18,797 nucleotides of DNA, taken from NCBI GenBank assembly GCA_026014495.1, contig JAOZIF010000116.1, forward strand, positions 1-18,797. Direction: 5' to 3'. The DNA is from Candidatus Bathyarchaeum sp. (lineage in GTDB: Archaea > Thermoproteota > Bathyarchaeia > Bathyarchaeales > Bathyarchaeaceae). Made by a program: the position numbers and the translations under genes. The notes under the pieces are model-generated. The model ran no database searches, was not told the DNA's origin, and saw only the letters and a program-made list of their open reading frames with translations. Within the stretch, counting starts at the first letter, position 1, and the number at the start of each line of letters is the position of its first letter. Of the stretch, positions 1-7,951 are shown in pieces.

Positions 1-60
1 GAGTCAAATGGCGGCTAAATCAACAAAAAATACTTGCTAACTACATTCGGTTTGTTCTTT

Positions 61-75
61 AAAAAAGAAAGAAAA
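61..75 (-). terminator. U-tract terminator of the SPFH gene
   Basis: Minus strand reads TTTTCTTTCTTTTTT about 10 nt after the stop codon, typical of archaeal intrinsic terminators. Confidence 0.55.
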
Positions 76-83
76 TGGGAGTG

Positions 84-1052
84 CTAGTCTCCCGAACTAG
101 TTGAGGGCAACAGTATAGGTGTTCCGTCAGGAGCCATTATCAGCATGTCAATGTCTGGAGCTATCTGTTGAAGCGTTTGCACCGTAAGATAGAGTTCTGC
201 AAGTCTAGTGTCGTCACCTGATGCCCCTGCCGCCTCAAGAACAAGCTCTATAGCCTCCTTTGTTGCATTTGCTTCGATGACTGTGGCGTTTGCATTTGCT
301 GCAGCTTCAATTGTTATTTTCTCGGCAGTTGCAGTGGCTTCAATTATTACTATTTGTTTCTCAAAGTCTGCTTGAATTTTCTGTTGTTCAGCAACCAGTT
401 TTTCTTCGATTGATATTGTGTACTTTTCTGGGTATCCTATGTTTCTGAGTTCAAATTCAAAGTCTATTATTGCTCCAGCAAGAGTTGGTGATGTGCTAAT
501 TTTGCTCCATATGGCGTCTCGCATGGTTTGAGCCACAAAATCTCTTTGTTCTATTGTTTCAATTGTGCTGAAGTCTTTTGTAACTATTCGGATTTGTTCT
601 CTCGCGATAGACGATATGATGTCCTGTTTCCAGTTTTGTTGTGGGAGATTTTCATACAAGTCATTAACTTTTGTTGTATCAAGTTTCCACCTTATTGTGA
701 CGTCAATTTCCATTTCTAGTTGGTCCTTTGAAAAACTTTTAATTGTTGGAAAGTCTGCGGTTTTGTCAGTTCCGTCACCCCACATTCCTATGGTGTCCAC
801 GGAAACTGTGATTTGGACGGCGTTGACCCATGGAGCCTTGGTTATAAAAGTTGGACCTAGTGTCGGTTCGCTGATTGTGCCACTTAGAGGGTCAACTAAT
901 ACGACTGCGTTTCCTACCGGAACGCTAACCCACATGGTTAAGAAGAAGACTGCTGCAAAAATCGCTAGCAATATTACTATTATAACTACCGCATACCCAA
1001 GTAACCCAAATGAAGAATTAAATTGGTATCTGTCTTTGTTTTCCATATTCAT
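84..1052 (-). CDS. SPFH/band-7 (prohibitin/stomatin-like) membrane protein
   Basis: 322 aa. N-terminal TM helix (LLGYAVVIIVILLAIFAAVFFLTMWV), SPFH core (SFSKDQLEMEIDVTIRW, AREQIRIVTKDFS, ELRNIGYP..Y..SIEEKLVAEQ) and an Ala/Glu-rich coiled coil. GGAGGTG SD just upstream of the ATG. Confidence 0.9.
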   Translation of the reverse strand: MNMENKDRYQFNSSFGLLGYAVVIIVILLAIFAAVFFLTMWVSVPVGNAVVLVDPLSGTISEPTLGPTFITKAPWVNAVQITVSVDTIGMWGDGTDKTADFPTIKSFSKDQLEMEIDVTIRWKLDTTKVNDLYENLPQQNWKQDIISSIAREQIRIVTKDFSTIETIEQRDFVAQTMRDAIWSKISTSPTLAGAIIDFEFELRNIGYPEKYTISIEEKLVAEQQKIQADFEKQIVIIEATATAEKITIEAAANANATVIEANATKEAIELVLEAAGASGDDTRLAELYLTVQTLQQIAPDIDMLIMAPDGTPILLPSTSSGD

Positions 1053-1298
1053 TTTTCACCTCCAGTATAAGTTTGAACCTGCACAAAAAAATATGTCGAT
1101 TGTGGTTTGTCACGAAACTGAAAAGTCCACCTTATATTAGAATTTACGTTGTATATACTTTCAATATATTACACTGAGTCTAAATATTTTTTCACAATAT
1201 CCTATATATCTCTATTGAACATATATAGACAAGATTCAACATGAAGTGGCTACATACCGCTCTATATCTTTAAAAAGTAGACCGAATCAAACCATTGT

Positions 1299-1757
1299 TC
1301 ACGTTAAACTGCTTTTCAAAATCCTTTCAGCAACAGTTCGTCCCAGATTCCGGCAATCTTCCAAACCTTTCTTATCTGGATTATACTTTATGCGCAGAGC
1401 AGGTTCCACAACATCCATTTGGAATCTGTTCTTTAGTATCTCCAAAAGCATGTTAGGAGCTTCTCCGCTCCATCCGTAGGAGCCAAAAGTTGCTCCAACT
1501 TTGCCCTTTAGGTTTATCTCTTGTTTAGATGCTTCTTCTAGTAGGTTTTTCATGTCCATGCCAATGTCATGGTAGTATGTTGGCATTCCAAGAATTATTG
1601 CATCAACTTCTGCAAGCTCTTCGGGTCTGGCAAAATATTTTACTTCAACGTCAATGCCCACTACTGATTTTGCGCCTTCTTCGACTGCTCTTGCCATCTT
1701 CTCGGTGTTGCCTGTTTGGCTGTAATAAATTATAAGCAGCTTGAGAGTGTTTGTCAA
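1299..1757 (-). CDS. Stand-alone flavodoxin-like protein (similar to the FprA C-terminal domain)
   Basis: FMN-binding loop YYSQTGNTEKMA, plus GMPTYY and FGSYGWSG motifs. 152 aa, TTG start. Confidence 0.9.
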   Translation of the reverse strand: MTNTLKLLIIYYSQTGNTEKMARAVEEGAKSVVGIDVEVKYFARPEELAEVDAIILGMPTYYHDIGMDMKNLLEEASKQEINLKGKVGATFGSYGWSGEAPNMLLEILKNRFQMDVVEPALRIKYNPDKKGLEDCRNLGRTVAERILKSSLT

Positions 1758-1899
1758 CCTATAAACCTCGAATAATGTACGTTAATGAAGAAAGATAACT
1801 TTTACGTATAACCTACGCAAAACAGTGGTTCACCTGAACATTAGGTTATGTGCAATGCCGTTTTTGGTTCATGTGTTGACGTTTTTTTAAAGCAATCAA

Positions 1900-1916
1900 G
1901 AAAATGTATTTATTTG
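1900..1916 (+). promoter_or_regulatory. Putative BRE/TATA promoter of the riboswitch-crcB transcript
   Basis: AGAAAATGTATTTATT. The TATA-like TATTTATT (1908-1915) lies about 28 nt before the first G of the aptamer. Confidence 0.45.
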
Positions 1917-1942
1917 TTATTTGTGTTTTTCCAGTTTCCTAA

Positions 1943-2003
1943 GGCGATGAGGCTCGCCTTTAACCGCCCTTGCTAACTGTTTGCGTGGGCTGATAGCTTC
2001 TAC
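1943..2003 (+). ncRNA. Fluoride riboswitch (crcB motif) aptamer
   Basis: GGCGA-TGAGGC-TCGCC (P1, 1943-1958). Loop GAGGC pairs with GCTTC (1996-2000) as the pseudoknot. Then AAC linker, stem GCCC(1966-69)/GGGC(1987-90) and 3' GCTGATAGCTTCTAC. This matches the crcB-motif consensus, and the element sits directly upstream of a Fluc gene. Confidence 0.92.
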
Positions 2004-2008
2004 ATCCC

Positions 2009-2044
2009 ATGAAAAAAAGAGGAATGATGTGTTGCGTGAATTAG
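2009..2044 (+). other. Putative uORF MKKRGMMCCVN* in the riboswitch leader
   Basis: ATG 5 nt after the aptamer, TAG at 2042-2044, same frame as crcB. Translation is unproven. Confidence 0.3.
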
Positions 2045-2113
2045 GGCGGCTAGCCATTACAAAACGTAGAAACCACGATTCAGGTAGTTATTGTATTGAT
2101 GGATTTGTGAGCA

Positions 2114-2503
2114 ATGAAAGGAATTGAGTTAGTCTTTTTGGCTGTTGGGGCTGTTGTTGGAGCTTTTGTTCGCTACAGAATAACTGACACTTCAATAGTG
2201 TTAGGTGGGCTTTCCATTAATCTTTTGTTGGTTAATGTTTTTGGGAGCTTTATTTTGGGTGTGTTCTCTGCTGTTTCTCCTGTTCTAAATTTAGATGCAA
2301 AATATACCCTGTTTATGTCAATAGGTTTTTGTGGTTCATTAACAAGCATGTCATCGTTCGCCCTTGAGACCTGTAATTTGTTGGACAAAAGTTGCTTTTA
2401 TCATGCTGCTTTGAACATACTTGCAAACGTATTCTTGTCCTTGGGTGCACTAGTTTCAGGCAGAGCATTAACAAACATCGTATTGGAAACAATGTTGTAC
2501 TAA
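2114..2503 (+). CDS. crcB: Fluoride channel Fluc/CrcB
   Basis: 129 aa with 4 TM segments: GAVVGAFVRY, NLLLVNVFGSFILG and GFCGSLTSMSSFALE (a variant of the GFxGGLTTFSTF signature). Preceded by a fluoride riboswitch. Confidence 0.95.
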   Translation: MKGIELVFLAVGAVVGAFVRYRITDTSIVLGGLSINLLLVNVFGSFILGVFSAVSPVLNLDAKYTLFMSIGFCGSLTSMSSFALETCNLLDKSCFYHAALNILANVFLSLGALVSGRALTNIVLETMLY

Positions 2504-2587
2504 AGACGCACAATAGAATGTTGTATTGTCGGAATTATTTTTAAATGAAATCTTGATGTTATAACTAACTACGTTGGAAGTGATATT

Positions 2588-3385
2588 GTGGCTGTAACAG
2601 AAACCGCTGAAATAGGAATCATAGGCGGAACAGGCGTCTATGACCAAGAGAGCTTCGAAGATGTAAAAGAAGTTAAAGTTTTCACTCCGTTTGGTGAAAC
2701 ATCAGACCTTGTTTCTGTTGGCTCCTACAAGAACGTCAAAGTGGCGTTTATCTCTAGGCACGGCAAAAACCACACAATTCCTCCTCATCGAGTTAATTAT
2801 CGTGCTAACATATGGGCGCTAAAACAGCTGGGCGTCAAACAAATAATCACTTCAGCGGCTGTGGGAAGTTTACGCGAAGATTTTGGTCCAGGAACTTTTG
2901 TGATACCTGACCAATTTATTGACCGAACCAAAAAACGGTTAGACACATTTTATGAGGGTGGACAAGTTTGTCACATATCTGCTGCAGATCCCTTCTGTGA
3001 GCAGCTTCGGCAATTTTTCATTGCTGCTGCTCAGAAACTTGGATTAGATGTTAAAAAAACGGGAACATACGTTTGTATTGAAGGTCCAAGGTTTTCGACA
3101 AGAGCAGAATCCAGACTGTTTCAGATGTGGAAAGCGGACATTGTTGGGATGACTCTTTATCCTGAGTGTGTTTTGGCTAGAGAAGCCGAACTGTGTTATG
3201 TTTCAATTTCTATGGTTACCGATTATGATGTTTGGGCTGACAGTCCAGTGTCTACAAAAGAGGTAATAGAAAAGGCACGTGAGAGTAACGAAAAATTGAA
3301 GAAACTGATTCTAGAAGCGCTTCCAAATATGCCAAAATCCAGAGATTGCAGTTGTGGCTCAGCACTAAAAGATGCCCTAATGTAA
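2588..3385 (+). CDS. mtnP: S-methyl-5'-thioadenosine phosphorylase (MTAP; PNP family 2)
   Basis: IGIIGGTG, TPFG, RHG..H.IPPHRVNYRANIWALK, PDQFID, EGPRFSTRAES, VGMT, VTDYD motifs. GTG start with GGAAGTGA SD. Confidence 0.93.
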   Translation: MAVTETAEIGIIGGTGVYDQESFEDVKEVKVFTPFGETSDLVSVGSYKNVKVAFISRHGKNHTIPPHRVNYRANIWALKQLGVKQIITSAAVGSLREDFGPGTFVIPDQFIDRTKKRLDTFYEGGQVCHISAADPFCEQLRQFFIAAAQKLGLDVKKTGTYVCIEGPRFSTRAESRLFQMWKADIVGMTLYPECVLAREAELCYVSISMVTDYDVWADSPVSTKEVIEKARESNEKLKKLILEALPNMPKSRDCSCGSALKDALM

Positions 3386-3437
3386 GTATGTTAGACAAAA
3401 GGTTGTGATGCTCTAAACCTCTGGCCTTTTCCTTGTT

Positions 3438-4079
3438 TTATTTGGTGCTATCTCTTCGTTTAATTTCTTGTAGACTATCGGCTATTGTTTCTTTAGTTAG
3501 GTCAATTTTGTAGGCTCTTTTCATTTCGTTTTTGATTTGTGTAATGTCAGCATCGCAATCAGGGCTCATTTTTATGCGTGCACATGCTTTTGGAATCAGA
3601 GTACACATGTCTTCTGTGAAGTTCCAAGGAAATATAACCCATCTCCAAGGTAATTCTTCACCAACATAGTCTGCTTTAAACTTGGAACATGTTAGATGCT
3701 GCAGTGTAGCAGTTCGGATTTCGGATGGATTTAATGTTTTGATATAATCAACTGTTACGCGCATGCTTTCTCCACTATCTGCGATGTCATCTACAATTAG
3801 CACCTTTTTTCCAGTCAAATCAACATTTAGCGTTTGCTTTATTTTGGCTGTTCCATCTGGTGTTGCTGTTACTCCCCAGTGTTCAACTTTTAGGCTGATA
3901 AGGTCTTTTACTCCAACAAAGTCGCATAGAACCCTAGCTAACACCCAGCCTCCACGTGCTAAACCAACTATTACGTCTGGTTTGTATCCTGAATTGTTGA
4001 TTTTTTTTGCTACCTGTTTAGATACCCTGTAAAAATAGTCCCAGTCCATGACTTGACATTCAAAACAATCTGAAGCCAC
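3438..4079 (-). CDS. Type I phosphoribosyltransferase (archaeal purine-salvage-like), paralogue 1
   Basis: PDVIVGLARGG, PRPP-binding loop VLIVDDIADSGES and C-terminal WVIFPW. Confidence 0.88.
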   Translation of the reverse strand: MASDCFECQVMDWDYFYRVSKQVAKKINNSGYKPDVIVGLARGGWVLARVLCDFVGVKDLISLKVEHWGVTATPDGTAKIKQTLNVDLTGKKVLIVDDIADSGESMRVTVDYIKTLNPSEIRTATLQHLTCSKFKADYVGEELPWRWVIFPWNFTEDMCTLIPKACARIKMSPDCDADITQIKNEMKRAYKIDLTKETIADSLQEIKRRDSTK

Positions 4080-4267
4080 AAGAAACCCATCCGTTACTGT
4101 TTTCTCTGATTAATTCCTTTGCTTTGTAATATTACAGTTTCGCCTAATCTAGCCTGTTGAGTCGGACACGGATATATGTCCTATTTCGAGTTACTCTAAC
4201 TATTGAAACGGTATGGGGAGCGAAATAACGGATATTATAACACAACACGTTTTGAAATAAACTGTGG

Positions 4268-4510
4268 GTGGAAATGCATACAACCGTAGCAGCTTTACTG
4301 TTTGTAACTTCCGCGGTGGTACTTGCTTGTGTCGTCGTAGATTACGCTGTTGTCATATCTGAACAGACCCTTGATACCCAAAGTTCACCACAACTAGAAA
4401 AAATACGAAACCTTGAAAACATGATTTTAAACCAGACAGACACCCTAATCAACGAAATAGAATCATTAAACCAAACCGCCACACAACCAACAGACCAAAA
4501 AGTCCCCTGA
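4268..4510 (+). CDS. Small hypothetical single-TM protein (80 aa)
   Basis: N-terminal hydrophobic segment (VAALLFVTSAVVLACVVVDYAVVI) and a polar helical tail with two NQT sequons. Codon pattern is coding-like and the ORF fills an otherwise empty gap. Confidence 0.7.
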   Translation: MEMHTTVAALLFVTSAVVLACVVVDYAVVISEQTLDTQSSPQLEKIRNLENMILNQTDTLINEIESLNQTATQPTDQKVP

Positions 4511-4552
4511 TTTTTGAATCCCTTCAGACCCAATTTCAGACTTGAGACCATT

Positions 4553-6340
4553 TCACTCTTCTTGCATGTAGTAATACTCGCCCATGTCTTTTTGTTGCCT
4601 GTCTAATCTTGACTCTTCCTTGTTTACTCGAGGTCGTTTTGTTTGGGGGTCTCTGCGGAATGTAACATTCATGTCTTTTAGAAAGCTGTTCATACCATCT
4701 CGAAGATTTGTTGGCTGATGAGCAAAACCGCTAACTCCGGGTTTTCCAGAAAAAATCATTAGACGATCCGCTATGAAATCTTGGGCTACTACATCGTGTT
4801 CTACAACAAAAGCGGTTACTTTCCTGTTTTCTATTACCTTTCGAATAGTGCGAACCGCAGAGAGCCTATCTTCAACATCCAAATATGCGCTTGGTTCATC
4901 GAGAAGATACAATTCTGCATCTCGAGATAGGCACGCAGCAATGGCGACTCTTTGAAGTTCTCCTCCGCTAAGCTCGTTTATGTCTCGGTCAAGAAGAATC
5001 GGCATTTTAAGGGGCTGCAAAATCTGACTATGATACAGGCTTGTTCCAAACTCTTTGTCAGCGGTTTCTTTGAGTAGCTCTTCAACTGTTCCATTATACT
5101 GTGGCGAAATGTATTGCGGTTTGTAGCTTACTTTTAGGTCATCGACCTTGGATGTCTTCCCTGAATCTGCTTCCTCAAGTCCAGCAATTAGCTTAACAAA
5201 CGTGGTTTTTCCAATTCCGTTAGGTCCAAAGATTCCAACAACTTCGCCTCTGTTCACTTGACCTGGCATCGCTTTGAACTCAAAATCGCCAAAAGATTTG
5301 CTGATTTCGCTCCACTGCAGTAATGATTCTCCTGACGTTAATCCTGCAACTGGAGGTTTAACGTGAAATGTGATTGGCTCGTTTCTGAATCTTACGTTCT
5401 CATCTGGGATGTAACCTTCAAGGTAAATGTTTATTCCAACTCGCACTCCGTGAACGTGAGAAACTACACCATAAACTCCGGGTGTACCATAAAAAACGCA
5501 TATTTGGTCAGACAAGTAATCTAGAATTGCTAAGTCGTGCTCTGCAGCGATAACTGTTTTTCCATCATCTTTAAGGGAACGAATAGCCTTAGCGACCTGC
5601 AGCCGCTGCTTTACATCCAAGTAGCTGGACGGCTCATCAAAAAGGTAAACATCTGCTTCTCGGCAAATAGATGCCGCAACAGCCACTCGCTGTAGTTCGC
5701 CACCACTTAACACTTTCAGGTTTCTGTTCCAGATTGTCTTTAGCTGAAGCTGCTCGACTAACTGGCTTAGCTTGTTGCGTTCATCAACCTTTTCAAGCAA
5801 CTCACCTACCTTACCCGAGACAACCCGTGATATCCTGTCAACATATTGAGGCTTGTGTACAACCTTCATGTTTCCCTCGCTTAGCTTCTGGAAATAATCT
5901 TGAAGGGTTGAGCCACGGAAATGCTGAATCAACTGCTCCCAATCTGGTGGACTATCATATTCTCCTAGGTTTGGTTTGATTTCTCCAGAAAGAATTTGAA
6001 GTGCAGTTGATTTTCCTATACCATTTTGCCCCAACAAGCCTAAGACTACGCCAGGGGAGGGTGTAGGGAGACGAAAGAGCTTGAATGTGTTTGGTCCGAA
6101 ACGGTGGCTGCAGTCCTCTTCAAGTTCATCTGCCAAGTTTACTATCGAGATTGCTTTGAATGGGCATTTTCTCACACAGATGCCGCATCCTACGCATAGG
6201 CTTTCTACAATTTGTGGTTTTTCACCCTCGAACACTATTGCTTCAATTTTGTTTCTTACTGGCGGACAAAAACGATAACATACTCTACCGCAACGTTTGG
6301 ATTCACATCTGTCTTCATCAAGAACCGCTATTCGAACCAT
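4553..6340 (-). CDS. rli1: ABCE1/RLI ribosome recycling ATPase
   Basis: N-terminal two-[4Fe-4S] domain (CESKRCGRVCYRFCP; CVGCGICVRKCP) and two NBDs (GQNGIGKS, GPNGIGKT, LSGGELQRVA twice, DEPS twice). Confidence 0.97.
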   Translation of the reverse strand: MVRIAVLDEDRCESKRCGRVCYRFCPPVRNKIEAIVFEGEKPQIVESLCVGCGICVRKCPFKAISIVNLADELEEDCSHRFGPNTFKLFRLPTPSPGVVLGLLGQNGIGKSTALQILSGEIKPNLGEYDSPPDWEQLIQHFRGSTLQDYFQKLSEGNMKVVHKPQYVDRISRVVSGKVGELLEKVDERNKLSQLVEQLQLKTIWNRNLKVLSGGELQRVAVAASICREADVYLFDEPSSYLDVKQRLQVAKAIRSLKDDGKTVIAAEHDLAILDYLSDQICVFYGTPGVYGVVSHVHGVRVGINIYLEGYIPDENVRFRNEPITFHVKPPVAGLTSGESLLQWSEISKSFGDFEFKAMPGQVNRGEVVGIFGPNGIGKTTFVKLIAGLEEADSGKTSKVDDLKVSYKPQYISPQYNGTVEELLKETADKEFGTSLYHSQILQPLKMPILLDRDINELSGGELQRVAIAACLSRDAELYLLDEPSAYLDVEDRLSAVRTIRKVIENRKVTAFVVEHDVVAQDFIADRLMIFSGKPGVSGFAHQPTNLRDGMNSFLKDMNVTFRRDPQTKRPRVNKEESRLDRQQKDMGEYYYMQEE

Positions 6341-6524
6341 CTTTTACCATTACACCTGTTAACTAAGAGTTAATGTAGGATAATTGACGGCGAAATATTA
6401 ACTTAAAACTCTTACTACACGCCTCAAAATGGTTAAGGATAATTTTTAAATCTGGATACTAACAAGATTTAGTTGCCTAGTTGTGTAAAACAACGTTTAA
6501 CATAATTTTAGGCGGTGAACAAAA

Positions 6525-7220
6525 ATGGATTATGAAATTAAATACAAACCATCATACTCGATGCTTGTTGTCAAGCTAGAACCCAACGAATCCGTAACTG
6601 CAGAAGCAGGCGCCATGACCTACATGCAACCCAGCATAGAAGTTAAGACACGCAAACGAGAAAAAAGCCTCTTAGGCACCATAGGACTCACACTCTTAGG
6701 ACGACAATCATTTTTCGTAAACGACTACGAAGCAAAAGGCAAATCAGGAGAAGTTGCGTTTGTCGCTGCACCCGTTGGAGACATAGAAATACTTGAAGTC
6801 AAACCAAACCAAGGCTACATCATACAATCTGCATCATACATCGCATCCACCCAAAGTGTCGACTTGGACATGAAATGGCAAGGATTTACAAAGGGGCTCT
6901 TCGGACAGGGGCTGTTTATGCTAAAAGCTAAAGGCGAAGGCAATCTTTTCATCAACACTTTTGGAGCCATCGACAAACACACCCTAGCTGCAGACCAAAC
7001 ACTGATTGTGGACAACTTTCACCTCGTGGCATTTAGCGACACCTGCGACTATAAAGTCCGAAAGTTTGGAGGCCTAAAATCAACCATCCTTGGCGGCGAA
7101 GGGCTGGTCACAGAAATAAAAGGCCCCGGAGACGTTTACATACAAACCAAAAACCTGCGAGAATTCGTGGAATGGCTCTGGACACTGCTTGGCCCAAGAG
7201 TCAACTCAAGAGCAAGATAA
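6525..7220 (+). CDS. TIGR00266 / AIM24 family protein
   Basis: Y.ML.V.L.P.E.V.AEAGAM.YM, F..N.Y, G.GLFML...GEG, VDN.HLVAF and GGEGLV.EI.GPG.V.IQTKN are typical AIM24 repeats. Confidence 0.9.
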   Translation: MDYEIKYKPSYSMLVVKLEPNESVTAEAGAMTYMQPSIEVKTRKREKSLLGTIGLTLLGRQSFFVNDYEAKGKSGEVAFVAAPVGDIEILEVKPNQGYIIQSASYIASTQSVDLDMKWQGFTKGLFGQGLFMLKAKGEGNLFINTFGAIDKHTLAADQTLIVDNFHLVAFSDTCDYKVRKFGGLKSTILGGEGLVTEIKGPGDVYIQTKNLREFVEWLWTLLGPRVNSRAR

Positions 7221-7246
7221 CCCTCTAAAACGAGTCAGCCGATTCG

Positions 7247-7264
7247 TTTTCCCTTTTTTCTTTT
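7247..7264 (+). terminator. U-tract terminator after the AIM24-family gene
   Basis: TTTTCCCTTTTTTCTTTT about 27 nt after the stop codon. Confidence 0.5.
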
Positions 7265-7330
7265 CAACACACGCCAAAGTTTAGGCACAACGTTAATAGA
7301 AACTTCCACAATACTCGATTCGACAAAAAC

Positions 7331-7951
7331 ATGGCCATTCTGAAAGCAACAAAAAACAATATCATAGCAGCCGCACAGATTGTGAAGAACGGCGGCTTGG
7401 TTGTTTATCCCACTGAAACAGTATACGGACTAGGCTGTAACCCCCTAAACATCGAAGCTGTAAACCGAATAATAGCCGTCAAAGGCAACCGAAACAAGCC
7501 TTTACCCGTATTGGCGGCAACACTAAAAGATGCTGAAACTGTAGCTTTCATCTCCTCTAACGCAAAAAAACTTGCTACAAAATTTTGGCCAGGCCCCCTC
7601 ACAATGGTTTTTCCTAAAAAAGCTGCTCTTCCTGATGTTGTTACTTTTGGTTTAGACTCTGTGGGTTTACGGATACCAGATAACAATGTTGCTCTTCAGT
7701 TAATCCGCTTATCTGGAGGCCTTCTGGTTGGCTCAAGTGCTAACAAAAGCGGAGAATTGCCTGCACAGAGCGTTGAGGAGCTATCTGCAGAATTAAAAGA
7801 AACAGTTGATGTTGTTCTTGATGGCGGACCTGCAGTTCAGGGAAATCCGTCTACAGTAGCTGATTTGACTTCTGGTAAACCAAAACTCCTCAGAGAAGGC
7901 CCAATAAGCCTCAACGTAATATTGGATGCTTTAGCTTTTGGTGACAAGTAG
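7331..7951 (+). CDS. tsaC: Threonylcarbamoyl-AMP synthase, single-domain YrdC/TsaC type (no Sua5 C-terminal domain)
   Basis: YPTETVYGLG, FWPGPLT, VGLRIPD, SSANKSG, PSTV motifs. Ends at 206 aa. Confidence 0.92.
   Translation: MAILKATKNNIIAAAQIVKNGGLVVYPTETVYGLGCNPLNIEAVNRIIAVKGNRNKPLPVLAATLKDAETVAFISSNAKKLATKFWPGPLTMVFPKKAALPDVVTFGLDSVGLRIPDNNVALQLIRLSGGLLVGSSANKSGELPAQSVEELSAELKETVDVVLDGGPAVQGNPSTVADLTSGKPKLLREGPISLNVILDALAFGDK

Noticed and set aside
565-1140. 191-aa + strand ORF (also 528-719)
   Set aside because: Antisense shadow of the SPFH gene; Ser-rich, with no motifs.
1202-1228. Inverted repeat CTATATAT-N11-ATATATAG
   Set aside because: Made of TA dinucleotides in a very AT-rich spacer, so chance is likely.
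1808-1849. Inverted repeat ATAACCTA/TAGGTTAT enclosing GTTCA-CC-TGAAC
   Set aside because: Could be an operator in the divergent promoter, but the arms are short and asymmetric and I have no independent support.
2009-2113. Amber (pyrrolysine) read-through joining the uORF to crcB
   Set aside because: It would need read-through of two TAGs and a TGA (2108-2110), and Fluc is complete from 2114.
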